Shown: positions 1-13,400 of the stretch, one piece after another
How the letters are laid out: the number at the start of each line of letters is the position of its first letter
How positions within the stretch are numbered: position 1 is the stretch's first letter
Assembly (NCBI GenBank): GCA_009602735.1
Contig: WELA01003208.1
Coordinates: 119,377 to 160,950, forward strand
Length of the DNA stretch: 41,574 nt
DNA from: Mesotaenium endlicherianum
Lineage: Eukaryota
Reading direction: 5' to 3'
The notes under the pieces: generated by a model
Databases searched by the model: none
What the model saw: the letters and a program-made list of their open reading frames with translations, nothing else
Told to the model about the DNA's origin: nothing
Program-made: the position numbers and the translations under genes

Positions 1-541
1 TCCCCCCGCCCCCCCCGCCCTCCCAAGGGGATGTGGGCGAGGGCGTGGGCATGGGGACAGGGATGGGGACGGTGGTGATGGGCATCCCCATGACGCCTGC
101 GCCCCCGCCGCTGCCGCCGCGCGACGTCAACGAGGCGTGGGGTCTGCAGAAGCGCTTCACGGCTCAGGTGTGCGCGCGCCCGCCGGCCTGCCCGCCCGCT
201 TGCCCGCCCGCTTGCCCGCCCGCCTGTCTTCCTGTCTGTCTGTCTGTGTTTTTATCATTTTGTCTGCCTGTCTCTGTGTGAGTGTTGTCTATCAGTTGGT
301 CTGTCTGTCTCTGTCCGTCTGCCTGCGTTTGTCTGTCTCAGGGGCAATGCAAACGTTGATAGTCAGCGGCAACCTTGCTCGTGGACTAAGTGTGCGTGCA
401 TGCATACAAAGCCTCATGCTGTGGCCCGCGTGTGTGTGTGTGTGTGTGTGTGAGGGAGAGAGTGCACGCGTTGTGCTTGCCTGTGAGTGTGGGCATGCCG
501 TTACAACCAATACGCATGCACTTGCGCACGCATATGTCTGG

Positions 542-575
<34 letters not shown>

Positions 576-3500
576 GTGTGTGCACGCATGCGTACAAGTT
601 TGAGTTAGTGCATACTCTTATGCCTACTTGTGCGCGGGCCCTGAGTCTTTCCTTGGCCTTGCCGGCAAGGGTTGCGGTCTCAGAAGCTATGCCCCTGCCT
701 CTTTTCTTGCTGCTCGTGCCACCACTGAAGCCTATGCCCGGCTGCGTGTGAGAATCCGACACCTGTACGCTCTCACAATGGGATGCTCTGCTGCCGCCTG
801 CCGCCCGCCGTGCTGTGCAGGTCTGCATAGCAGTCATCGAGGCCGTCGACCTGCCCAAGATATCCGGGCAGTTCTTTGTGAAGGCGAGGTTGATGAGCAA
901 GTGCGATGCGATGCGCCTTAGGACGCCACTTGTCCCCGCTCCACCGGCAGCAGGTGGCATCGCCAGCTGGCGCACGGTGTGGACGTTGCAGTGTGAGCTG
1001 GCCGCCCGCGGCGTCACGCTGCAGCTCAAGGGCGCACCAGCTGGCGCGCTGTGGCGGCGCATGAGCCGGGTGCTGGGCGAGTGCCACGTCGGATTTGACG
1101 AGCTGCTGGCATCCCCCACGCTCTCGTTTGACAAGCTCATGCCCGTCCGCAAGGAGCGCGCGGTGAGTCAGCGCTGCTCCCTCACCCTAAAACCCTATAA
1201 TTGAAAGAATGCTCAGGTCAAACCACTAAGTCCTGAGTGGAGATTGCTTCAGTCAAAGCGAAAGAGCACGCAGCGAGTCAAAGCCCCCCCTGCTCTTTAT
1301 AACCCCATCATTGATACGCCCGCTCCAAAACCTGAGATTGATAGTACCTGCACCGACAGATAACTGCACAGATTGAAAATGCCCCGCACTAAAACTCTAC
1401 AATTCCAAGGCCTAGCTCTTCACTAACTATTGATCTCTGTGCCCTCTCCCTCTCTCCCTCTCACTCACTCGCTCACTCAACCCCTCCCTTCTGCGTGCCC
1501 TTGTGGTCCCGCAGAGTCCAAAGAAGCACGCTGATGCGACACGCGCGGCAGAGAAGCCCAAATCGCCCTCGCCCTCGGGCCTGCTGCGCGTGGGGGCGTC
1601 GATCAGCCCCCCCCTGCAGGCGCCCTACCTGCTGCTCATGATTCCCTCTGAGAGCATCGACGACAGCGGGGACCGCATCGCGTGGCGCTCGATCGTGCCA
1701 GCTGGCGCCCCCCGAGGCACGCACGTGCCCCAGAAGGGCAGGTGGATGACGCGTACGGTGCTGGACCACACCAAGAGGGAGCAGTTCATCATCGCCGTCA
1801 AGTAAGCTGCCGCCTCCGCTGCCGCTGTCTCCGCCGCCACTGTTTCTGCTGCCGCTGTCCCCGCTTCCGCTGTCTCCGTTGCCGCTGTCTTTGCTGCTGC
1901 GGCCACTGCACCCCCTTTGTCTCACGTTGTTTGTGATGTGTGCCCTTCAGCCGCTGTAGCGTTCGAAAGCCCCCGCGATGGTTTTCAGTGTGTTTGTTAC
2001 TAACGTTTCTGTGAGCAACGATGCCTCTCTGTGCGTGTTGATGATGACGGTGGTGGTGGCCGTGTTGACATCGGTGGATGCGTTGGTGTTAATGCTTCTC
2101 CCTCTCCCTCTATCCCCCGCCCCCGTCTCTCCCCCCTCAATCCCTCCCCCCCTCCTCTCTTCCCCCTCCTCTCTNCTCCACAGGTGCGCATGCGCCTCTG
2201 CCTCTGCCTCCCCCTCTGCTCTGCCTCTGCCTCCCCCTCTGTCTCTGGATCCCCCCCACCTCTGCCTCTGCCTCTGCCTCTGTGTCTGCTCGGCTCCAGA
2301 GAAGGTACGGCACACACCCTCCTGGCTTTAGATCGGGCGCCAGGCACTTGAGACTTAAACCCTGAACCTGGAGCCCAGAACCTAAATTAATCTATACTCG
2401 TGATTTTAGGTCGCCTGCTTCTCTTTTCCCGCCTGTGCAGACCACGAGAAAGGTAGCAGCGCAAAGGTGGCAGCTGCACACACGCCCCCATGAACCTTGG
2501 GCAAACTTCGACAACCCCCCCCATAAAGCCCCCCACAAGCCTGAAACCCTGATGTCTGACACCCCTGCGGGCGCGTGCGTGCGTTTGCAGGCCAGCACGA
2601 GGTGGAGACGGTGGAGCAGCGGAAAGTGAGCGACCCGGATGTGGAGCGCACGTGGGGCACGTGTGCCAACCACTTGCCTAGCCGCGCCAGCTGGACACTC
2701 TCGGTGACGCGTGACCCCAGGAACGGCCACTGGGCGCGCGCCACCAGCATCCAGCTGGCGATTGAGGGGCAGGCAGAATACCCGGTGAGGGAGACCGACA
2801 GATGAAGAGGGCCAGACAGTCGGCCAACACGTGGTGCCTGCGTGTGTGCGTCTGCGTGTGTTTGTGAGTGCGTGCGTACATGCACATAATTCTTATATGT
2901 ATGTGTACACTTCCCAAGAAGCGGCTGACTTGTGCTTGTGCTCGCGTGCGGTTGTCTACATACACGTGTGCGCATGTGTGCCTTCTTGTGCACTCACACA
3001 TGTACCTCTGTGTGTCGCCCGAACGCGCAAACCTGTGAAACTAGGTCCAATCAATCCTACATATGTGGCATGCATATACATGTATTTTGTCGCGTGCGTG
3101 TGTGTGTGTGTGCGTGCGTGTGTACGTGTGTGTGTGTGTATGCTTGTGCACGCGTGCGGGCGCGCGTTTGAGTGGGTGTGTGTGAACTTTAAGCTGTGAC
3201 CTCTACGCACGCGTGTGCATGCAGGGTATGAGCTTCTCAGGAAATTCTGTGGAGGGACTGGCCGGGCCACTCTCTCCTCAGCACCCCCTCCTGCTGACAT
3301 ACACCCTCCCTGTCAAACAACTGACGCGAAAATCCTGCGCCTGCCTCTCTCTCCTCCCTCCCTCCCTCTCCCCCTCCCCTCCCCTGCCCCCTCTCGCCCG
3401 CGCCTTCTTTTTCCACCAGGTGAGGCTGGTCGTCGGCAGGTGGCTGCAGTACGAGGTGCCAGGTGGCAGGCCCGAGCACGAGGAGGGCTACGTGACGGTG

Positions 3501-5148
3501 ATCCGGTACAGCAGCCACGCCCCGCAGGGCAAGGCCACCTGTCTGCTCAACTGGCGCACGGGCGGCATCGAGGTAAGGGGGAGGGCAAACCATTAGCATC
3601 ACTGCTGCAACCTTTGTTGGCACTATGTGTATGAATGTGTATACACTTGTATCTGTGCTTATCGAAATATACTCATATACATATATATGTGTGTGTATAT
3701 ACATGTATATATATGTTCTTATCTACATGATGGAGCCTGCCGTCTGCTTCCTGTCATCTGTTACGAGCTGCCTGCCACTTGTCACCCGCTGGCTTGTCGA
3801 TAGCCGCTCGGTAGCCTGGGCTCGAGTGGCCCAGTGCCTGGTGCCTGGTGCCTGCCACCTGTCGCCTGCCACTTTATGGCTTACGTGGGCTTTTTGGGAA
3901 CCTGCTCTCGTGGCTGCCGGCACATTCGGGCACCTTCTTTTCCCGGACTTGCGCATCAGGCCTGCCGCCGACTGCAGGCGCCGCCTGCTGGCAACTGCTG
4001 CCCCGCTGACTCTCGCCACCCGCTTCCAGCATGCCGCTGCTGCAGGCGCAGGGCGCCCTCCTGCCAACCAACAACCGTCACCTGCTGGCTCCTGACACCT
4101 GTTATCTCCTGTCACCTGTCATTATCTGGGCCTTGTGACCTGCTGACACCTGTCACCTGCCGACACCTGTCGCGTGCCGCAGGTGCACGCGGAGGAGGAC
4201 GTGGTGCTGATGCTGGGCGTGGCCACGGCGCTGCAGCAGACCATGTTTGACTTCCAGGGCGCCAATCGCAGCAAGCCCAACCGGCGCCAGCCCCGCCGCC
4301 GAAACTTCCGCAAGGATGACGAATGGGGTGAGTCCCACACATGGCCCCCACTTGCCCTCTTGCCTCTCTCTTGCCCGAGGCACAGGCGTATATACATTCT
4401 CTCGCATTCATACATGAAGGGGAGTGTGTGCGTGGGAGTGTGTTTGTGTGTGTGGCCATGAACGTTTCTGCAACTAATATCCTACATGAATGTGTGTGTG
4501 TGTGTGTGCCTGTGTCTGTGTGTGTGTGTTGTGTGTGCGCACGTGTGTGCACGCATTTGCATGCAAACGTTTGGGGCGGTCTCAGGACGCTTTCGGACCA
4601 TTCACAGAGGACAAAACTGAAATGCGTGGCGTGCTTGAGGAGACACGAAGGATTGCTACTTTGGTCGTGTCATGAGCCCACCCTTCTCCAGAGTCTTTTC
4701 ATTCTTGTTCGTCCCTCGATATGCGACTGTGCAGCTGGCAAAAGAAACACTGGGGCCAGGTCTTACGGTCACGACATCGCACGCTTCAGTTCCGTCTCAT
4801 AGCTCCAGGTCTCGCTTCCTGACATCTAACTAGAGGTTACTGCGTGTGTGTGCCTGAACCCTGCTGCTGGTTGCAGGGGCGGTGGTGATCGAGTCCGAGA
4901 CAAGGCCAGGTGGCGGCATGAGGTCGGGCCAGCGCGCGCCGCTGGACCACTGGTACAGCTACGACATGCTGATGTGGAACAACGTCATGCTCTACAATGC
5001 CGTCTCGTCAGCTTGCGGGGGAGGCTGCGGCGGGGGAGGCTGCAACTCCGCCTCGGGCTGCGGCGGCGTGGGCGGCTGCGGCGGCGGTGGAGGCGGCGAC
5101 GGCGGGGGCGGCGGCTGCGGCGGCGGATGCGGGGGTTGTGGGGGCTGA
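1..5148 (+). CDS. Glycine-rich domain-containing protein (GRDP1/2-like, DUF1399 family), copy A; 5' part lies outside the window
   Basis: GT-AG exons: <1-167, 821-1162, 1515-1801, [exon mostly lost at N 2175, remnant 2176-2183], 2591-2784, 3420-3572, 4183-4327, 4877-5148(TGA). Peptides include [91 protein letters not shown] and a C-terminal CGGGCGG tail, all typical of plant GRDPs. Lengths 342/287/194/153/145 nt equal those of the matching copy B exons. Confidence 0.88.
1803..1905 (+). repeat. 15-bp GC-rich intronic minisatellite (gccgctgtctccgct-like); inverted counterpart at ~10595-10772 in copy B
   Basis: Degenerate 15-bp units begin right after the donor at 1802. The same array, with more units, follows the equivalent donor in copy B. 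Confidence 0.8.
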
Positions 5149-7004
5149 GAGGAAAGGCCGGCAGGTCTGACGCGGTCTTTCTCTGCTGGGAGTGCCTCTG
5201 AGGCAATGTGTGTGCAATGGAATGCTTGTGATGAAGTATCTCCAAAGACGTGTCTCCTGAGAAGTGTCTCCTTTGAAGTGTCCCAAAAAGTGACTCTGAG
5301 GAAAGCTTTTGCGTACTCTTTCATTTGCGGTTGTTCCGCGTGCAGAGCAACTTGTTCTGACGCGATGACTGCGTAGATTTTTGAAGTAACGTCGCAAGTA
5401 GTGTAAGCATTGGCTGATGTCGAGGACTACAATCTTTTTTCTCACCCGGCTAGCGTCAGTTGGAGATGCAATGTTAGTTTGTAAATACCGTATTTTGGAC
5501 GTTGGCGTAGGTCTTGTGGTCTTTGCTGATGACAATTGACATACACGCAACGTGTTTGATGTACAATATCTGTTCTTTATTCAACCTTCTGATTAATGCT
5601 TTTCCAAGTTATTGTCGTACGCAGTAGTCAAACTAGCATCTTACCTTGAGGTTAACGGCGTGGGCTAGAACATGCGTGTGTAACCTTTTGAAGAATGCTG
5701 TAACTACACACATTGCCAGATGACAATTTTTGAAATTTTGTGACATGTCATTAAGACTATCGACGTGTACGCCAACAAAGTGGCGGAGGCCTCCGTCATT
5801 TCGTTCACATGATATGCTCTATTTTTACTGTCATTTTTAACTACTTTGCCTAAAATGTTTATGTAAGCTATACGTACGTAAGCAATGCAATAGTGCTGTG
5901 CGATGTGCCTGTGTGCAAGAATATGATTGCTATTGACAACAATTGAATGTCTTGGTGTTGTCCATCAACAAGGCACTTGAGCTTGTGATACAAACTTCTG
6001 AAATAATCAGTAATCATTGCAGTAACTCTTCCGATAGTTATCACACCACTTTCTAGGCTGTTACTGTATTAAGACTCTGGAACAGTGAAGTACAAACATT
6101 GTTGAACAATCCTGAGTTGAGATAAGGTTCATGTGCGTGCTCATTACACTCGGTACAGACAAAGTTGATCTTGACTCGTATGCCCACGACACTCGATTTC
6201 GATGAAGACATACTGTGCTGCGCTTAAGCTCCAATAGGTATCAGATTCACAATATGTGGCATACATTCTTGGCACACGTTCAATCTTTGGCTCATATTGA
6301 CGTGCAAAAGTTAACCACACGTGTCTAGGAGGACTTTTGATTGTACTTGATATTAACCAGCTGATACACGGGCGCAATGCCCACAGGACACAATTACAAA
6401 TAAATCTCAGTGAATGCTTCACCTAGACGGTACGCGCAATTTATTCAAAAATCGGTGTACTAACCAATTAAGCTCGAGTCTGTTTGCTCCCCTTGATCGG
6501 AACAAACTTAACACTGTCTACTTAGCCTTAACTCAACTTCCGTAGGAGAGCGTACCAAAAAGTGTGTTACTCAATAAGGGGACAGGCCACAGTGGGGTTG
6601 CATGAGCCTTTCTAATCGATAGTTGACCCCATATGGTGGGCACAAATTGAAGGTGCGAGAGGGGTGCATGGTTGAAAGAATAACATGCATGTAGGCAGTA
6701 TATGTTATACACAAAATAACATGCATACTCATATTCCCATGTCTCAGGGCTGGTGCCGCCTAATCTTGTGGTAACAAGATGTCCGCGTACAATGTTTGGT
6801 AAAACTAGACTGTCAAGTTTAAAAGTAATATTTACAGAAAACACCGATAAGTTACACAGAATAGTGTACATTGACCATGGAGCACCTCATGCCAACAAAC
6901 ATAAAAGTGGCCTATATTCCAACATCCTGAATGGTATATGTACAGTCTACCTCCCTGCTACCCTATCTTCCCATAAGGGACCCGAGTCCTTACAATGTTT
7001 ACAC

Positions 7005-7375
7005 AGCAGGGACACTAAGTCAGACTCTAAACACTTGAGACACTAAAGACATTGGAGACCCTAGAGTTAGAGACCCTAGATACTAGAACTAGAGACACTA
7101 CATAAGAGATGCTAGATTTGAAGACACTCTATAGGAGACACTCCCTCGACAACCCCAGTGTGCTAAGTACTATCTCAAAGACAACATCGCTCAGGGACAC
7201 TATTTCGGAGACACGACATTTCTTGGAGACACTACCTCTCCCAGAAACACTCTCTAAGACTCTCAAAGACACTAGCTCAGAGACACTATCAAATACTTTC
7301 TCAGAGATAGGAATGCTGTTTCAGATAACCGTCTCAACCGCAATGTCTTGGAGACACTAAGTCAGAAACACTACC
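7005..7375. repeat. Degenerate GAGACACT short-motif array downstream of GRDP-B
   Basis: Seven exact GAGACA (7037, 7092, 7135, 7208, 7226, 7280, 7351), two GGGACA and several AAGACA in ~370 bp. Confidence 0.75.
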
Positions 7376-7434
7376 TCATTTTCACACTTCCACTAACGAT
7401 ACAGATACCTCGTCCGTCTTCTCGGTCTTCCCCT

Positions 7435-10400
7435 TCAGCCACCACATCCGCCACAGCCACCGCAGCCGCCGCCGCCGCCGCAGCCGCCGCTCCCGCCGCC
7501 GCTGCAGGTGCCGCCACATGCGGAGCCGCCACATCCCGCTGCGGAGTTGCAGCCTCCCCCGCCGCAGCCTCCCCCGCAAGCTGACGAGACGGCAGCGTAG
7601 AGCATGACGTTGTTCCACATCAGCATGTCGTAGCTGTACCAGTGGTCCAGCGGCGCGCACTAGCCCGACCTCCTGCCGCCACCTGGTCCAGTCTCGGACT
7701 CGATCACCACCGCCCCTGCAACCAGCGGCGGGGTTCAGGCACACACACGCAGTAACCTCGAGTTAGAAGGTGCGAGGGTTTGACCATGCATTAAGATTCA
7801 TCTGCAACTTTTTTAAAACGGAATCCATGAAAGGGAAGGGTGAGCACATGACAGCGAACGCACTAAGCCTGTCAAGGGTGCCCTTTGCAAAGTAACCTTG
7901 ATGCATCCTCTAACACCTGCAACATTGTGCAACATGTAAGGCAGCACATTCAAGCGCGTGCATACACGCACACACACACACACACTCACACACACAGAGA
8001 GAGAGAGAGGGGGGNNNNNNNNNNNNNNNNNNNNNNNNNNNNNNNNNNNNNNNNNNNNNNNNNNNNNNNNNNNNNNNNNNNNNNNNGGAGAGGGAGAGGG
8101 AGAGGGAGAGAGAGAGAGGGAGAGGCTGAGGGGGCGGGGAAGGTGGGGGAGAGGGAGGGGGTCGATTGGGCTTACCCCATTCGTCATCTCTGCCAAGTGC
8201 TCTGGGGCGGGGCTGGCGCCGGTTGGGCTTGCTGCGGTCGGCGCCCTGGAAGTCAAACATGGTCTGCTGCAGCGCCGTGGCCACGCCCAGCATCAGCACC
8301 ACGTCCTCCTCCGCGTGCACCTGCGGCAGGCAACAGGTGTCGGCAGGCGACAGGTGTCAGGAGATGACAGGTGACAGCAGGCGAGAGGTGCCCGCAGGCA
8401 ACAAGTGTCAGCAGGCGGCAGCTGCTGTGGACCATGGGAGATCTCATATGCCACCTGGCATGCCTGACATGGCGGCAGCTGAGTGAGTGGCTAGTGAGTG
8501 GCCCTCAACGATCCTATGGGGGCGACAAGTGGCAGGCGAAATACAACAGGCGACTTGAACGCTGGCAGCCGAGTGAATTTCGGCACGCCAGCTGGAGACA
8601 AGTAATTGGCGGCAGGCACTAGGAGCCAGAAGATCGGCTTTGCCATACTCAATAAATATATGCATAGCACATACTTGTATAAATCCACACACATATATTC
8701 CAAGCTTCCAGACCCTCTCGGAGGAGCTAAGCGGCAGTACTGAGCACGCCCCCATTCTGAATCTGCAGTGCTAGTGTTGAGGCCCAAGTATGGAAAGAGG
8801 AGCAGTGGGAGCACGCCCCCCCTACCTCAAGGCCGCCGGTGCGCCAGTTGAGGAGACAGGTGGCCTTGCCCTGCGGGGCGTGCTTGCTGTAGCGGATGAC
8901 CGTCACGTACCCCTCCTCGTGCTCGGGCCTGCCACCTGGCACCTCGTACTGCAGCCACCTGCCAACGACCAACCTCACCTGGTGGAGGAAGAAGGCGCAG
9001 GAGAGAGGGGGCAGGGGAGGAAGGGGGGAGGAGGGAGGAAGGAAAGAGAGCCAGGGCAGGTAATGTTCAGTCAATTTAAAGAGAGGGTATACGACACGAG
9101 GAGGAGGACCTGACAAGGATGGCCCGCCCAGTCTTCCCATTCAATCTTTCTGAGACGCACTATGTGTCCACAACATGCGTGCGAATGAGCACGAGGGTTG
9201 CTGCTTGAATTGCGAGCGCGCGCACACGCACACATACAGACACACACATACGCACACACACGCGCACACACACACAGACACATACACGGGAAAACGTTTG
9301 CACATAAGTCAGACATTACTCGGAATGCGCACATATGCATGTGCACTTTTACACCCCCACAAACACACATACGCGTGCACACACACACACACACACGCAC
9401 ACACACACATGCACAAAAGCACGCAAACGGACGCCACATTCTGAGCGACAGTCGACCAGTCCCTTACCGGGTAATCCCACTGCCCCGGGATCGCCAGCTG
9501 GATGCTGACGGTGCGCGCCCAGTGGCGGCTCCCGGGGTCTCGCGCTGCCGTAAGCGTCCAGTTGGCACGACCGGACGGGTGGTCCCAGCAGGTGCCCCAG
9601 GTGCGCTCCGCGTTGGGATCGCCCACCTTCCTCTGCTCCAGCCTCTCCACCAGGTGACGGCCTATGCGCACACAAGGAGGAGCTCACAAAGAATTAGGAT
9701 TTGTTGGGGGCTTGTCAGCGGTTTGTCGAGTTCGCCCGGGCCCCCCAGGGCTCATCGGGGTTCATCAGGGTATAGCGGGTATAGTGGCGCTCCTCCCGAC
9801 GAGAGCGAGCGGGCATGACCACGCGCGGCGCACGGCGCGCGGCGTGAGGCGCGTACACGCAACACGCGGGGAAGGAGGCTCAGGCCTTAGGGATTTGACG
9901 AGGCTTATCAGGGCCCAGCTTCTGCTTGCAACGAGAGTCAGCGCGCGCACGCAGCGCACATTCTAGGGCTTTGGATGTAGGAGTTTAGGTTTTAGGCCGC
10001 AGCTTCGGGCCCTCGAACTTACTCGGAGTGCGTTACCTGGAGCCAAAAAAACAGACGGGTTAGGATTTCTCATTTAGGGTTTGCGAGTTCAGGGTTCAGG
10101 ATTTGGAGTTTCCAGCGTCAAGCCGGGAGGCAGAGTGCGCTCATCGTCTCTACAGCCGGCGCAGGCTGAGACAGAGATGGATTAGTTGGAGGCGCATACC
10201 TGTGGAGCGATGGCCGTCGCGTTGCTTCCGCCAGCCCCCCTCCGTGATGTGGACTACGCGCTCGTGGTACTCCACCTCCCGCGGAGTGGTGCTGCCCACA
10301 TGCGTCCTGCGGGGAGCGAGAGAAGAGGGAGAGGGAGGGAGGGAGGGAGGGAGAGGGAGGGAGGGGAAAGAGGAGGGGGCAGAGGCAGGGGCGAGGGGGA

Positions 10401-13400
10401 GAGGGGGAGGGGTGGGGAGCGCACGCACCCACGCCGACAGCAATACCAACGTCAACACGATCACCGCCACAGAGAAGCATCTTTACACAGAGAAACATCA
10501 CCAACAAACATAGTGGATAGGGTTGAACGCTGCAGGAGGCTTCCATTGTCACATCGGCACATATCACAGAAAGGAAGAAAGAAAGAGGGGGCGCAGTGGC
10601 CGCAGCAGCAGCGGGGACAGCGGCGGCAGAGACAGCGGCAGCAGGGACAGCGGCGGCGGAGACAGCGGCAGCGAATACAGTGGCAACGGAAACAGCGACA
10701 GCGGGGACAGCGGCGGCGGAGAGAGCAGCGGCGGCCGAGACAGCAGCGGTGGGGCGGCGGCGGCGGCGGGGGCTTACTTGACGGCGACAATGAACTGCTC
10801 CTTCCTGGTGTGGTCCAGCACCGCACGCGTCATCCACCTGCCCTGCTGGCGCTTTTGCAAGTACCGCGGAGTGCCAGCTGGCGCGATCGGGTGCCGCGCT
10901 ATGCGGTCCCCGCTGTCGTCGATGCTCTCGGAGGGAATCATGAGCAGCAGGTAGGGCGCCTGCAGGGGGGGGCTGATCGACGCCCCCACGCGCAGCAGGC
11001 CCGAGGGCGGGGACGATTTGGGCTTCTCTGCCGCGCGTGTCGCATCAGCGTGCTTCTTTGGGCTCTGCGGGACCACAAGGGCATGCAGAAGGGAGGGGTT
11101 GAGTGAGCGAGTGAGTGAGAGGGAGAGAGGGAGAGAGGGAGAGGGTGAGAGGGTGAGGACACAGAGTGCAATAGTCTATGTACATCTAGGCCTTGGAACT
11201 GTAGAGTTTTAGTGCGAGCATTCTCAGCCTGGGGTTTTGGAGCAGGTAGTCTCAATCTAGGGTTTTGGAGCGCGGCGTATCAATAATGAGGTAACATGGA
11301 GCAGGAGGACGTCAATCAGGTGCGCGCTCTTTGGCTTTGACCTCAGCAATCTCTATTTAGGGTTCAAGCATTTGACCTGAGAATTCTCTTTATTCTAGGG
11401 TTTGAGGGTGAGGGAGCAGGGGGGCGCTGACTCACTGCGCGCTCCTTGCGGACGGGCATGAGCTTGTCCAACGAGAGCGTGGGGGACGCCAGCAGCTCGT
11501 CGAATCCGACGTGGCACTCGCCCAGCACCCGGCTCATACGCCGCCACAGCGCGCCAGCTGGCGCGCTCTTGAGATGCAGCGTGACGCCGCGGGCTGCCAG
11601 CTCGCACTGCAGAGTCCACACCGTGCGCCAGCTGGCGGTGCCACCCGATGCCCGTGGAGCGGGGACAAGTGGCGTCCTGAGGCGCATCGCATCGCACTTG
11701 CTCATCGACCTCGCCTTCACAAAGAGCTGCCCGGATTTTTTGGGCAGGTCGACGGCCTCGATGACTGCTATGCAGACCTGCACAGCACGGCGGGCGGCAG
11801 GCGGCAGCAGAGCATCCCATTGTGAGAGCGTACACTTGTCGTGCTCCCACGGGCAGTCGAGAGAAGGCTACCAGGTGGATGCCCAGGCAGCGAGAGGAAA
11901 GGCAGAGGCATCGCTCCTCCTTCAAGCCTTTGCTTGCAAGAGCACACATATATGCACACCCGCACACACACATACGCGCAACTACCGAGGTGCTGACTGC
12001 CGGCCGCTGACTGTCCTCCTGACAAAATTCCTTGCACGCACAGACTGGCAGATGAGGACTAACAGATCAAAAGAACAAGAGAGAGAGAGAGAGAGCCAGC
12101 GACAAGTGGACGCGTAGACGAACAGACAAAAAGGCAAACAAGCAGATCCTTGGACAGACAGACGCACAGAAGGATCCGACAGGTCGAAGACAGGCAGGAA
12201 GGCAGGCAGGTGGGCAGACAGACGGGTAGATGGGCGGGGGACGGACAGATTGGCAGGCAGGCAGTCATGCGGGCAGGTGGGCGAGCGCGTGCGCACCTGC
12301 GCCGTGAAGCGCTTCTGCAGACCCCACGTCTCGTTGGCGTCGTGCGGCGGCGGCGGCGGGGGCGTGAGCGTCTTGGGGATGCCCATCACCACCCACTCCA
12401 TGCCCCCCTCCAACTCCTCGTCCACGTCTCCCTGGGAGGGCCGGGGGGGCGGGGGGAGGNNNNNNNNNNNNNNNNNNNNNNNNNNNGGGGGGCGGGGGGA
12501 GGGCGGGGCGGTCGCCGCGGTAGAAGGCGCCAGCGCGCACGTAGGCGGCGCCATACAGCCTCTCCCACAGGGCGGCCGTCTGCGCAAAGCCCTCGTGGAG
12601 GCGGGTGGCGGCGGAGCGGGCGGCGGTGGCGTCGGAGTCGTCGTGGTCCAGCACGCGCCCCAGGACAGCTGTCGTGTCGCGGGCGTAGCACGCGGGGGCG
12701 AGCTGCAAGGGGGGGTTTGGAAGGCACAGGGTGGGGGGAGAGAGCAGGGGCGGAGCAGGTGTCAGGATGCCGACTTGTCCGGTTGCCAGGTGGCAGATTG
12801 TCGGGCGCAGGCACACGAGTTACACGAGTGCAAGCACACCCACGCGCAAGTGCGAAATGTAGTGTAACAATGCCCGCACGCAGCAACAGAAGAAGGCACG
12901 AGAGCAGCAGCAAGCTGAGCTCCGCAGCAGGAGCAGTATTTCTGCGCAACGGAGGATGCCCCAGGTGGCGGGAGCGCAGGCGCGCACATACAATTACACA
13001 CACACCTGGTGCGCGTGCCACATGACGTCGATGTCGTAGGTGGGCACGCAGAACACCTTGCCGCCCGCCGTCCGCACCACGTGCAGGAACTTCCGGTAGC
13101 GCTCCAGCGCCCCCGCCAGGAAGTGGTCGTCGCACATGTACGGCTGCGACACCTGTCAGCGCGCCAGCATGCAGCCCAGGGGGCACCTGAGGGTCAGCGA
13201 CAGCCTGCTGATAGCACTGCTAGGAGCAACCGGCGTTGATCAACCAGCCATGGCTGCGCAACATCTGTCAGCATGTTGTAGCATACTGAAACAGCATCTT
13301 TGCTTCGTGAAGGGGTCCGGGAGAGGGCTCGAGTGGAACGTGTCTCCTTGGTACCGAACGCTGCTCACCTCAAGTTACCAAAACAGAGCTGCCCTGCCCG

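Noticed and set aside
2161..2190. Loss of exon 8 / pseudogenisation of GRDP copy A
   Set aside because: The missing ~100 nt coincide with a single N at 2175, and the exon's last 8 nt plus donor (ctccacag|gt) survive. An assembly gap is the simpler explanation.
5500..6960. Short ORFs in the AT-rich spacer between the GRDP copies
   Set aside because: No recognisable domain, splice structure or transposon hallmarks.
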